Assembly: GCA_964623205.1 (NCBI GenBank) | Contig: CAZUQX010000006.1 | Coordinates: 45,354 to 109,353 of the forward strand | Source of the DNA: an uncultured Candidatus Bathyarchaeia archaeon | Lineage (GTDB): Archaea; Thermoproteota; Bathyarchaeia; Bathyarchaeales; Bathyarchaeaceae | Direction of reading: 5' to 3' | Length of the DNA: 64,000 nucleotides | Part shown: positions 9,391 through 19,239 of the stretch, one piece after another | Position numbering within the stretch: the first letter of the stretch is position 1 | How the letters are laid out: each line of letters opens with the position of its first letter | The notes under the pieces: generated by a model | What the model saw: only the letters and a program-made list of their open reading frames with translations | What the model was told of the DNA's origin: nothing | Databases searched by the model: none | Position numbers and translations under genes: made by a program

Positions 9391-12282
9391 ATGCGAAAAA
9401 ATAGGTTAAAAAGCGTCCTACCTCATCTTGTTGTGTCATTGTTGATTTTAACTTCTTTGAGCGTTTACTATTCTCCATTGGGAATAGCAATAAGAGAAGT
9501 TGAGGCAAGTCAATCCGTTTCAGTCAACTGGTATTATAGTGGATGGCAATATCGAAAAGAACATAACATCATCATGGGTGCGAACGTTACGGGTGACCCT
9601 CTTTTCTATGATGTTTCTAATAGTTGGACAACGATCCAGGGGAATCCTGCTGAGAGGCATAATTTCCAACCAGTTCACAATACGGCGATTATGGAGGTCA
9701 ACAAAGTGGTTGACGGGGCAACCCGAAAATATTTGGCATATGACTCTGATCCCGATGGTTTAGAAATAAGACTTTACTTCACGAATGACATTGATGGTTC
9801 TTGGACGGCTTATTCGGGAAACCCAATTCTAGGATCAAGTTCGTATCTTTATAGGTGGCCTTCGGTTGCTTATGTTAATGGAACTTTTCATATGTTCCTA
9901 ACAGATCGAACAAGCAATACCATAGAAAGATGGACAAGTACTGATGGAATTAACTTTAATTTTCAAGAAAATGTTCAATCGGGAACTACAGGAGAAAACA
10001 CTAAAAATCCCTTTATATGGCTTAATCCTAATGATAACAAATGGTACCTATATTGGCATGATGCACGCGGGGCGCAAAGGGATCTATACGTTAGAAACGC
10101 CACAAATATTGAGGATTTAGACGCAGCAAACGATACCACAATTCTTAGCCGAAGCATTCCTTTTGGTGGACCATCCATAATGTATTACAACAACCAATAC
10201 TGGTTGCTAGCAGAAATTTTGCAATACGGAAAATGGAAAACAGCAGCATACTATTCGACGACATCTCCATCCTCAGGATTTATTGAATGCGATAACTCGC
10301 CTATTCTGAGCGATGACGAATGCTGTCCAATGCTTCTTTTAAATCCAAATCAAACTCGAGCCTACTTGTTCACTACCAGAGATAGTTCGAGATGGTATCA
10401 AGATACTCGAGAAGTTTACATAAATAAGACAGAGGCGCCAGACCTTCTTGACTATCAGATTAGAATCATGGCTTATTATGGAAGCGGAACTGACAGCGGA
10501 GAAAAAGTTTACTTAAATGGGCATCCAAGAACAGATTTTGGTGATGTCCGTTTCACATGGTTCAATTCTTCATCCGGCTTAGAGGTTGGATGTGATTATT
10601 GGATTGAGGAGTTGAAAATGAGTGAAAGTGCACTGTTTTGGGTTAAAGTTCCAAAAATATCCGGTAAAGGCAATAGCACAATATACATTTATTATGGGAA
10701 AAGTGATACGGCAACAACAAGTAATGGAAATAACACATTCGACTTTTTTGACGATTTTAGCGGAACTCTAAGCAAATGGGTAGTGATAGATGGAACGTGG
10801 CAAATAGAAAACGGAGAACTCAGTTCCCAAACCACTACTTTTGGTCAGCGCATCAGAGCTAGTGGGTTCACTTTTGGCAATCACAGTGTTCATGTTAAAA
10901 TAAAGTGGATTTCTGGCTCATATTTTGAGTCCGCCATAGAAGTGAGAGGACAGTCGCCAAGCGAGCAAAGTGATGGGTATTTTACATTTCTGAGTGCATA
11001 TCCTTATTTAGACAGGTATAGAATAGCTAAAATGTCAGGTGGTTCAGAAACAACTATTGAGGGTACAGGAGCTACGAATCCTTCAAAAGATTTTTGGTAT
11101 AATTGCGTGTTCAAACTTTATGGAAATACACTGAAAGGGAGTGTCGATCCGCTTTACTCAACGCAAATCGCAGGAACTGATAGTGCCTTCCGTAGCGGTA
11201 CTCTATGTCTTCTTCACTGGTCTATGTATGCGGAACATGTGCATTACGATGATTTATTTGTTTGCAAATACTTCGATCCCGAGCCCGCTCATGGCAATTG
11301 GGGAAGCGAAGAAACAGGTGAGTACGTTTTAATAGATCAAACATTTGTTAGCGATGAAAGAGCAGATATAGGCAGTATTCAAACGATTGGATTCCATGCT
11401 AAATGGAACAATATTGGTTCTGACGTGGTTGGAGGCAACATTTACGTTAATGGTACTAACTACGTTACAAATAGCACAGGATGGGTAGCCTTCAACGTCA
11501 ACTCACCCCTCGTCGGAAAAGACATTTGGATCGTCACAGAAGTCAACTGCAGCGGCATAACCATGTACATGCAAACAGCCCAGCCTCCAAGCATAATCTG
11601 GGACCGAATAAAAATCACAGAAGGAGAAACCACAAAAGAATCCCTAACCTTAGGCGAAACCGCAACTATTTGGTTCAAAGCCATATACGAATACGACAAC
11701 ACCGCCTTCACCAGCACAAACGGAACCCTCTACCTAAATGGATCCCCAATGACATGGTCCGCTACCAACACACGATGGGAATATACATACACCGCAACCT
11801 CCGCCGGAACAGCAACCTTCACAATCTCAGAAGTCTATGACAGTTCCCAAGGCTTAACAACAATCAACGACACAGTAGGAACCCAAACCATAACAGTCTG
11901 GTCAACACCATTCTCAATAATTACTAACTCAACGATCTCCGAATTAACTTTCAACTCCACAAGCAAAACAATAACCTATATAGTAAGCGGACCAACAGGA
12001 ACCATAGGTCACACAAACGTAACAATAGTAAAAACCCTGATAGAAGACATAAACGACTTAAAAGTTTACATCGATGGAAACGAAATAAACTATACAATCA
12101 TCGACACAGTATCTTCATGGCTAATACACTTCACCTACACGCACAGCACACACAAAGTTATCATGGAGACAGGGTCGTTGCATACCAACGCATCATATGC
12201 ACTTTTACCTTACTCAGCTATAATCTTTATAATAGTTGTAATACTGCTAGTTCGTAAAAGAATTACTCGAAAGATACGCTAA
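9391..12282 (+). CDS. Large membrane-anchored surface protein: beta-propeller GH-like N-domain + DUF2341 + LamG/DUF1080-like + Ig-like repeats + C-terminal TM anchor
   Basis: An N-terminal signal peptide is present. The DUF2341-like stretch is 'DVRFTWFNSSSG...DYWIEE...ALFWVKVPKISGKGNSTIYIYYG'. The LamG-like stretch is 'FDDFSGTLSKWVVIDGTWQIENGEL'. The C-terminal half has many N-x-S/T sequons. The C-terminus is 'AIIFIIVVILLVRKRITRKIR'. Confidence 0.7.
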   Translation: MRKNRLKSVLPHLVVSLLILTSLSVYYSPLGIAIREVEASQSVSVNWYYSGWQYRKEHNIIMGANVTGDPLFYDVSNSWTTIQGNPAERHNFQPVHNTAIMEVNKVVDGATRKYLAYDSDPDGLEIRLYFTNDIDGSWTAYSGNPILGSSSYLYRWPSVAYVNGTFHMFLTDRTSNTIERWTSTDGINFNFQENVQSGTTGENTKNPFIWLNPNDNKWYLYWHDARGAQRDLYVRNATNIEDLDAANDTTILSRSIPFGGPSIMYYNNQYWLLAEILQYGKWKTAAYYSTTSPSSGFIECDNSPILSDDECCPMLLLNPNQTRAYLFTTRDSSRWYQDTREVYINKTEAPDLLDYQIRIMAYYGSGTDSGEKVYLNGHPRTDFGDVRFTWFNSSSGLEVGCDYWIEELKMSESALFWVKVPKISGKGNSTIYIYYGKSDTATTSNGNNTFDFFDDFSGTLSKWVVIDGTWQIENGELSSQTTTFGQRIRASGFTFGNHSVHVKIKWISGSYFESAIEVRGQSPSEQSDGYFTFLSAYPYLDRYRIAKMSGGSETTIEGTGATNPSKDFWYNCVFKLYGNTLKGSVDPLYSTQIAGTDSAFRSGTLCLLHWSMYAEHVHYDDLFVCKYFDPEPAHGNWGSEETGEYVLIDQTFVSDERADIGSIQTIGFHAKWNNIGSDVVGGNIYVNGTNYVTNSTGWVAFNVNSPLVGKDIWIVTEVNCSGITMYMQTAQPPSIIWDRIKITEGETTKESLTLGETATIWFKAIYEYDNTAFTSTNGTLYLNGSPMTWSATNTRWEYTYTATSAGTATFTISEVYDSSQGLTTINDTVGTQTITVWSTPFSIITNSTISELTFNSTSKTITYIVSGPTGTIGHTNVTIVKTLIEDINDLKVYIDGNEINYTIIDTVSSWLIHFTYTHSTHKVIMETGSLHTNASYALLPYSAIIFIIVVILLVRKRITRKIR

Positions 12283-12302
12283 CATTCGGTCTCAAAATGC
12301 TG

Positions 12303-12312
12303 TGCGCGCGCA
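12303..12312. repeat. Intergenic alternating-GC palindrome
   Basis: TGCGCGCGCA lies 21 nt after the stop at 12282. Confidence 0.8.
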
Positions 12313-12478
12313 GCTTATTTATTCGGTAGTTGAGTCCAGATTTTTAGAAAAAGAAAACCGTGAAGGCAATCGACCTCTTGTCATGGCCCCTTTTCCAAAT
12401 CGCTTCACTGCCATGCTACACTTTATGTCCAGAAGATTGCCTGCACAAATGCTGGATCCATTCGAGTATTTGCTGGAA

Positions 12479-12487
12479 GTGCGCGCT
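12479..12487. repeat. Intergenic alternating-GC motif
   Basis: GTGCGCGCT, in the 12283-12569 spacer. Confidence 0.6.
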
Positions 12488-12569
12488 CAAAAACTTAGGC
12501 ATGATGCAAACCGAGTAGAAACACGCTCAGCAAGCGCAACAAGAATACCGTGGAAAAGAAGTGTATAAC

Positions 12570-13676
12570 ATGAAAATTGCGATTGTGCTTGGAACAAGAC
12601 CTGAGATCATCAAGTTCTCTCCGATAATTCGCGAATGTACTCGGTTGGATCAAGACTTTTTCATCCTCCACACGGGACAACATTACTCTTATAAAATGGA
12701 CAAAATCTTTTTCGAGCAACTTGAACTGCCTGAAGCCAAACACAACCTTGACATAGGCTCTGGAACGCACGCGGAACAGACAGGAAAGATACTTATCGGG
12801 ATAGAAAAGGTCCTCGTCAAAGAAAAACCCGAAGTGGTTTTGGTTGAGGGCGACACCAATACTGTCCTCGCAGGTGCCCTAGCCGCAGCAAAGCTCGGCA
12901 TCAAAATTGGCCACGTCGAAGCCGGCTTAAGAAGTTATGACAGGCAGATGCCTGAAGAAATAAACAGAATCCTTGTAGACCACTGCTCAGACTTACTGTT
13001 TGCCCCTACCCAAAAGTCAAAGAACACACTACTAGCTGAAGGAGTTCCAGAAAACAAGATATTCGTAACTGGCAACACCATCGTAGACGCTGTCTGCCAA
13101 AACATAGAACTAGCTACAAATAAGGGAATAATACATAGCAAGCTTGACTTGAAGCCCAAGAATTACTTCCTAGTCACCATTCACCGCCAAGAAAGCGTCG
13201 ACAACAAGCGAAGGTTTCAAGGCATATTGAAAGGACTAGAAAGAGTCAGCGAAAAATTCGCCTTTGACGTTATCTATCTAATCCATCCAAGAGCCAAAAA
13301 AAGACTTATAGAATTCAAGCTCGAAGCGAAAGGTATAAGAATTATTAGCCCTCTCGACTACATGAGTTTCCTTTACCTTGAAAATAACGCGGAACTTGTT
13401 TTGACGGACTCTGGCGGTGTTCAAGAGGAAGCATGCATCCTAGGTGTTCCATGTGTAACCTTAAGATACAATACAGAAAGACCCGAGACTATAGAGGTTG
13501 GAGCGAATGTTCTAGCAGGCGCAGATCCTGATGAGATTGTCAAAAAAACAGAACTTATGCTGAACAGGAAGAATAAATGGAAAAATCCTTTTGGCGACGG
13601 CCAAGCCGGGAAAAAGATAATTCAAATATTGTCGAAAGAAACTAATGAATCAACTGAAACCACTTGTACGCTCTAG
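12570..13676 (+). CDS. wecB: UDP-N-acetylglucosamine 2-epimerase (non-hydrolysing)
   Basis: 'MKIAIVLGTRPEIIKFSPII', 'HVEAGLRSYDRQMPEEINR' and 'TDSGGVQEEA' are classical WecB/MnaA motifs. Confidence 0.9.
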   Translation: MKIAIVLGTRPEIIKFSPIIRECTRLDQDFFILHTGQHYSYKMDKIFFEQLELPEAKHNLDIGSGTHAEQTGKILIGIEKVLVKEKPEVVLVEGDTNTVLAGALAAAKLGIKIGHVEAGLRSYDRQMPEEINRILVDHCSDLLFAPTQKSKNTLLAEGVPENKIFVTGNTIVDAVCQNIELATNKGIIHSKLDLKPKNYFLVTIHRQESVDNKRRFQGILKGLERVSEKFAFDVIYLIHPRAKKRLIEFKLEAKGIRIISPLDYMSFLYLENNAELVLTDSGGVQEEACILGVPCVTLRYNTERPETIEVGANVLAGADPDEIVKKTELMLNRKNKWKNPFGDGQAGKKIIQILSKETNESTETTCTL

Positions 13677-13823
13677 TTTTGGTTAGTCCATGCTCAATCG
13701 TGGTGCGTGCACAGGACGGACTCAGACTTACAAACAATAGCTCAAACAATTAGCAATAAATATAGTTAGGACAACGCACAGAGCCACTTGAGTATTCAGG
13801 GGAAATAAGCGAGGATAAGCAAA

Positions 13824-15962
13824 ATGTCTGCAAACCGTAGTTGGAAGTCACACAGTTTCTTAGCGCTAGTGTTGATTTTGCAGGTCATGGTTTTTTTAGT
13901 GGTATATGCAAACATTCCAATTGCTCGAGTGGTCGTTTGTTTTCTTTACCTTCTGTTTGTTCCAGGTGTTGTTATCCTTAAACTTTTTGCGCTGAAGACT
14001 CTGGACATCTCTGAGAAAATTCTCTTTTCTGTAGGTCTAAGTATAGCTTTTCTAATGTTCATAGGCGTCGCCATAAACGAAATAGGAAAACTAGTTGTCT
14101 CCAATCCCCTATCGCTTAATCTACTACTACTAGCTATTAACTCTGTCTTATTGTTTGCTGCCTTTATAGGCAACAGTCGGAGCACTGACTCAAGTTTGGC
14201 AAATACACAGCAAACAAAATTTTCGAGATATGTATTTCTGATTCTGCTATTTATTTCACTTTCACTATTGGGTTCGTTTGGAATTCTAAACGTTAATTAT
14301 TCCGGAAACAACTTCTTAATTCTTCTTTTGATAGTCGCATTTTGTATTATTGTTTCTTTGGCCCTTTTCAGTGAAAAATTTGTTCCTTCTAACATTTATT
14401 CGCTCCTTTTGTTGGTTATATTCATCTGCCTACTGCTTTTTGTGGGAAGTGCACTGGTCACACCCTATATTACTGGAACAGGAGACACAACTATTGAATA
14501 TTATGTTTTTAGACTAACTGACCAGCGTTGGAATTCTCAATTTCCAAGCAACTTCGCTTATTATTTTAGAACTGACACTTACTACTCTATGATAAGCATA
14601 ACAATTCTGCCTACAATATTCTCAACCATTACTGAGATGGACCCTATTTTTCTCTTTAAATGTCTTTATCCAATTGTTGTCTCTTTCACAGTAATAGGAA
14701 CCTACAAATTATATCAAACCCAAACAGACAAGAAGACAGCATTCTTGGCAACTTTCTTTTTTATTGCTATCTCGTTCGGAAAAGGAATGGGCTCATCAAA
14801 GCAGCTAATTGCAGAGCTGTTTTATGTTCTACTATTCTTAACACTACTTAAGAAGGACATCCCTCTTCTAAAAAGAAACCTTCTGCTCATAATTTTCGGC
14901 ACGGCGCTAGTACTATCCCATTACAGCCTAGCATACATTTTCCTTTTCAATATTTTTGTTTCATTTCTTATTTTCGTGTTCTTGCATTATAGCAAAATTG
15001 GTAGCACTAATATTTGGCAAGCAAAAATACCATTGACTTTTATCGCGCTCTTTTCAATAATTACGTTTGCTTGGAATGTTTACATCAACAGGTCAGCAGC
15101 TTTCTATCCCTTAGTTGAGACGTTTGATATAGTAACAAAAAACTTAGGGCAATTTTTCAATCCTGCCTCTAGAGGTACAGCTTTGACAGGTTTGGGTGTG
15201 GTTCAAACTCCTACGATTTTTTACAGGATTAGCAGTATTCTGTTCATATTTACAGAGATCCTGATAGTAATCGGTTTCATTAAACTCCTAATCAGCAAGA
15301 ATAAAACTTCAAAATTTGGAATCAACTATAAGGTTCTTGCTACTATAAATATGGCTATTATCGCAACAAATATACTGCTCCCAAGTATTGCAGATACTTT
15401 ATTAATGGCGAGATTTTACCAGATAACACTTATTATACTTGCTCCTTTGGCGGTTATAGGCGGAAAAGCAATTCTTGACTTATTACTGAAACACCGCTTC
15501 CAAAAATTCTATACGGTTGCTCTTGCTCTTTTGATATTTATTCCCCTCTTTATGTTTCAGACACAATTTGTATATGAGGTCACTGGAGACCAAAGCTATT
15601 CTCTTGCTCTAAGTGGGTATAGGTGGAATTCAACACAACTATATTATAACACTATTTCTACTCAAAAAGTGGCCGGCGCCCAATGGATAACAGACAACGC
15701 TAATTCTTCATCAAATATCTTATATTCAGACCGTTCTTCGCTTTCAGGAGTTCTAATAGCCCACGGCATGAAAACAGGGCGTGACATATATGATTTATTA
15801 GGCACGACAGCACTTGCTTCGAATGCTTTCATATATATTGCTGATGCGGAATTAGTAGATGAAGGATACATTCTCAACACGACTCTAGTGTCACCAATTC
15901 TTGAAAAACAAAATAAAATTTACTCAAATGGCGAAAGTGAAATCTATAATAGTTACGGTTAA
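13824..15962 (+). CDS. Large polytopic membrane protein (DUF2206-like; possible GT-C glycosyltransferase or glycan polymerase)
   Basis: The 712-aa protein has roughly 15 or more hydrophobic helices followed by a soluble domain of about 120 aa at the C-terminus. It sits inside the glycan cluster. I found no AglB WWDYG motif. Confidence 0.5.
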   Translation: MSANRSWKSHSFLALVLILQVMVFLVVYANIPIARVVVCFLYLLFVPGVVILKLFALKTLDISEKILFSVGLSIAFLMFIGVAINEIGKLVVSNPLSLNLLLLAINSVLLFAAFIGNSRSTDSSLANTQQTKFSRYVFLILLFISLSLLGSFGILNVNYSGNNFLILLLIVAFCIIVSLALFSEKFVPSNIYSLLLLVIFICLLLFVGSALVTPYITGTGDTTIEYYVFRLTDQRWNSQFPSNFAYYFRTDTYYSMISITILPTIFSTITEMDPIFLFKCLYPIVVSFTVIGTYKLYQTQTDKKTAFLATFFFIAISFGKGMGSSKQLIAELFYVLLFLTLLKKDIPLLKRNLLLIIFGTALVLSHYSLAYIFLFNIFVSFLIFVFLHYSKIGSTNIWQAKIPLTFIALFSIITFAWNVYINRSAAFYPLVETFDIVTKNLGQFFNPASRGTALTGLGVVQTPTIFYRISSILFIFTEILIVIGFIKLLISKNKTSKFGINYKVLATINMAIIATNILLPSIADTLLMARFYQITLIILAPLAVIGGKAILDLLLKHRFQKFYTVALALLIFIPLFMFQTQFVYEVTGDQSYSLALSGYRWNSTQLYYNTISTQKVAGAQWITDNANSSSNILYSDRSSLSGVLIAHGMKTGRDIYDLLGTTALASNAFIYIADAELVDEGYILNTTLVSPILEKQNKIYSNGESEIYNSYG

Positions 15963-16054
15963 GTCCACTTTTATATCTATCAAAAATGAGTAATGTCATA
16001 TAATCATCTAGTTGTTATTTACTATTGATCCTGAATATTGGGTAGTGGTGAATT

Positions 16055-16765
16055 GTGAAGGACAGGAGTGTGATTGCTGACTGGGAGAAATATGCGGAAA
16101 GATATATTAAAAATAAACCTGTGGATGATCCAGTGCACAAGGATAGACTTAGGATTCTGAAAAATTTTTCTGATAATAAATCAGTTATTGATATTGGATG
16201 TGGACCGTTTGAGCCTCTATTGATTGCAAATAATTCAGGAGTTGTTGCCACGGATGTGAGTCATAAAGCTCTTTTACATCTAAAGAGGGAGGGCTTCAAA
16301 GGTGAACTGGTTTTGTGTGATGGCAGGGAGCTCCCATTCAAAGAAGGATCTTTTCAGATGGCTGTATGCTCAGAAGTTATTGAACATATCGATTCTAAAG
16401 ATTTTAAACGTTTAGTGAAGGAGAGTACTCGCGTATCCTTATTTGTTGTTTTAACAACTCCTAATTGCAGTTACGGACTAAAAATTATGGATTCAACACA
16501 CATAATGTTTTATACGGTGAGAACTCTTCGGGAAGCGCTTGGATCAAACTGGGAAGTATGTGTTAATAATAAAATGTTCCCGGATCCGTTACTACAATTT
16601 ATGGAAGGCGTTTTCGGTATTCCATATAACAGTCCTACATTGCAAAAAAATAAATTTGGCCAACTTATTTATTATTTGTTTTATTTTTTTGATACGGTAG
16701 TAGCATATAGACTTTTCAGGAGATTAGTTAGAGGAACTTATTTGTTTGCAATCTACAAGAAATAA
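16055..16765 (+). CDS. Class I SAM-dependent methyltransferase
   Basis: Motif I 'VIDIGCGPFEP' and post-I/II 'LPFKEGSFQMAVCSEVIEHI'. Confidence 0.8.
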   Translation: MKDRSVIADWEKYAERYIKNKPVDDPVHKDRLRILKNFSDNKSVIDIGCGPFEPLLIANNSGVVATDVSHKALLHLKREGFKGELVLCDGRELPFKEGSFQMAVCSEVIEHIDSKDFKRLVKESTRVSLFVVLTTPNCSYGLKIMDSTHIMFYTVRTLREALGSNWEVCVNNKMFPDPLLQFMEGVFGIPYNSPTLQKNKFGQLIYYLFYFFDTVVAYRLFRRLVRGTYLFAIYKK

Positions 16766-17072
16766 TTAAAAGTAAAAAAATGCTTTCACATATTACTATC
16801 TGCTTTCGAGAAAGGATTCTCAGTTCTACGTGTGAAATCATTAGGTCATTAATTTAGGCAATAAACTACTAGAAAACGCGAAATATAGAATTTACTTGAG
16901 AATCACTTTTAATCTTTCTGACTTAGAAATGAGAACTACAAAAAATGAAGAATATATAAACTCCTTCAGGATTCTTCAACTTATTATTAGGAATTAGAAT
17001 CAACAACATGCATTCTGGATGCAACCCAAACAATTTTAAATTTTGTCGGAAGTCAATCATAGGAGAAAGATT

Positions 17073-18017
17073 ATGCGTAAACTATTGCTAACATTTGATA
17101 TTGAAGATTTCATCAATACCAACGCAATATATGCGCTAAGAACTGTCTTGGAGCTGCTAGAAAAACACAAATTGAAAGGACTGTTTTTTATTACTGGGCA
17201 CATGGCTGAAAAACTCACAAACTTCCCAGACATTCTAGACCTACTCATGAATCATAAAATCGGCTTCCACTCATCCGCTCACTCGGTTCGACCAATAATT
17301 CCAGAGTACACTGACGTCAAGAATTATCGTCAAGCCTATTCAGTTTCTTTAGAGAGAGAAACAGCACATATCAACCCACTAACTGGGAAAGTCGAAGGAG
17401 AAGGCGGAATTTACTTTCTTCGAGACCTCTTTTCTCCTAAAAAAATAGAAGCCTACCGCGCTCCTGGAAACTGTTGGACCCCGCCACATTTAGAAGCATT
17501 GGTTGACCTAGGCATAAAATTCGATTTTTCTTCCAATATCATAACCTCAACACCAGTCAATTATAGAAGAGTTACTTTCTTCCCTTACCCCTTTATTCAA
17601 GAATGGGAAGGCGACCTATCACAGTATAAATGCTTCTTATGGGCAATCTTAAAGCATAAAATTACCGTTTTTGACTTGCATCCCACGTTAGATGTAAACG
17701 AAGATTTATGGGATTCGATTTACTTCAGAGGAAACCCGCCAACTCTTCTAAAAGTTCGCAAAAAACCTCTCAAAGAAGCTATGTCACTTTTCGCGAGATT
17801 TGAATTATTATTGAAGCAAATCAATTTTCTTCGACATACCAGATTAATGGAAGCGGATACCAATCTAAGCACATCAAATAGAGACTTAACTATGAATCAA
17901 AATGATGTACAGAAATGTTATATGAGGAGCATTGTATGGCCAAAAAAATTTTTTAACTATCGCCCAAAATTCATTCGTAATCATTTTTACGAGTTTTTTG
18001 AATCTGCTTGTTACTAG
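17073..18017 (+). CDS. Divergent polysaccharide deacetylase (CE4-like)
   Basis: 'LLLTFDIEDF' resembles CE4 motif 1 and 'GFHSSAHS' matches the H-S/T-x-x-H motif 2. The ATG at 17073 sits behind AGGAG. Confidence 0.55.
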   Translation: MRKLLLTFDIEDFINTNAIYALRTVLELLEKHKLKGLFFITGHMAEKLTNFPDILDLLMNHKIGFHSSAHSVRPIIPEYTDVKNYRQAYSVSLERETAHINPLTGKVEGEGGIYFLRDLFSPKKIEAYRAPGNCWTPPHLEALVDLGIKFDFSSNIITSTPVNYRRVTFFPYPFIQEWEGDLSQYKCFLWAILKHKITVFDLHPTLDVNEDLWDSIYFRGNPPTLLKVRKKPLKEAMSLFARFELLLKQINFLRHTRLMEADTNLSTSNRDLTMNQNDVQKCYMRSIVWPKKFFNYRPKFIRNHFYEFFESACY

Positions 18018-18073
18018 GAAATGAATGGGAATTTTTCGTTGACGAAAGTAGACCATTTTCAGAAGGTATAATC

Positions 18074-19198
18074 TTGCGAGTAATCATGGTTACCCCGTGT
18101 TACTATCCAGTTAAAGGCGGTACAGAAATCGTTGTTCAAAATCTCTCAAAATTACTCAACGAAAAAGGTATACACACAGATGTCATGACTTTTAACATGG
18201 ATCAAAAATGGTATCCTAAATGCACAGGAAAGATAGAAAGGGTCGATGGAATCACTGTTTTTAGAATTCCTGCGATAAACTGGTTACCTATTACGCATTC
18301 GCCTAGAATTAGTTTAGGAGTGAACCTAATTCCCGGAAGATTTAGGCATATATTCAAAGAATACGACATTATTCATTTTCATGAAGCAGACTTCAGCTTT
18401 CCATTGTTTTCGGTTTCTACTAGAAAACCAAAAATATTTCATTTACACGGAATTAATGCTGACTTCTTTAAAAGGTATCATCTAAACAGATTTATATTAA
18501 AACATACTGCGGATTTATATCTCTCAATATCCAAGCAGATGATCAAGGATCTAATCGATTTAGGCATACCCGAAGGAAAAATCGCTTATTTGCCCAATGC
18601 AGTGGATGTTAAATTTTTTACTCCTAAAAAAGAGAAAGAAGACAACCTACTTTTGTTCGTAGGAAGAATAGAACCTAACAAAGGTTTACATGTTCTGATA
18701 GACTCTTTACGTTATCTCAAAAAATCAATTCATTTGGTTATTATCGGCCCTATAGCTTGGAGTCGTGATTATTTTCACGATTTATTCGACAGAAGTATAA
18801 AAAAAATAAATCAGGAAGGAATACACAAAATAACATATTTGGGTCCTCGGAATCATGAAGATTTATTAGAATGGTATCAAAAAGCATCAATCTTGGTTTT
18901 GCCCTCATTTACAGAAGCATTCGGCATTGTGCTTCTAGAAGCCCTCGCATGTGGAACACCCGCAGTATCAACACGGGTAGGAGGAATCCCTGAAATTGTT
19001 CAAAACCATGAAAATGGAATCTTGGTTCCACCAAATAATCCGTTGAAATTAGCTGATGCAATACAGTATCTAATAGATAACAAAGACGTAAGAAATAGAA
19101 TGGCCAAGAAAGGCAGAATATGGGTTGTAAAAAATTTTTCATTAGATGTTATCACAGAGAGACTCTGCAATATCTACCAAAATATGCTTAATCAATAA
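18074..19198 (+). CDS. GT4 (group-1) glycosyltransferase
   Basis: 'FTEAFGIVLLEALACGTPAVSTRVGGIPEIVQNHENGILV'. The N-terminus is 'RVIMVTPCYYPVKGGTE'. The start is TTG 18074 or ATG 18086. Confidence 0.85.
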   Translation: MRVIMVTPCYYPVKGGTEIVVQNLSKLLNEKGIHTDVMTFNMDQKWYPKCTGKIERVDGITVFRIPAINWLPITHSPRISLGVNLIPGRFRHIFKEYDIIHFHEADFSFPLFSVSTRKPKIFHLHGINADFFKRYHLNRFILKHTADLYLSISKQMIKDLIDLGIPEGKIAYLPNAVDVKFFTPKKEKEDNLLLFVGRIEPNKGLHVLIDSLRYLKKSIHLVIIGPIAWSRDYFHDLFDRSIKKINQEGIHKITYLGPRNHEDLLEWYQKASILVLPSFTEAFGIVLLEALACGTPAVSTRVGGIPEIVQNHENGILVPPNNPLKLADAIQYLIDNKDVRNRMAKKGRIWVVKNFSLDVITERLCNIYQNMLNQ

Positions 19199-19239
19199 TA
19201 TCAGTAAGAATTTGGCTGACATTCACTATAAAAAGTACA

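Noticed and set aside
11481-11840. 119-aa Arg/His/Asn-rich ORF in an alternative frame of the surface-protein gene
   Set aside because: It is a by-product of the A+C-rich codon style of this segment. The overlapping frame belongs to a continuous 963-aa ORF with recognisable domains.
12302-12770. ORFs 12302-12568 (+, 88 aa) and 12495-12770 (-, 91 aa) around the wecB upstream spacer
   Set aside because: The plus-strand ORF starts inside a GC palindrome, lacks an SD and has no recognisable motif. The minus-strand ORF is antisense to the wecB N-terminus.
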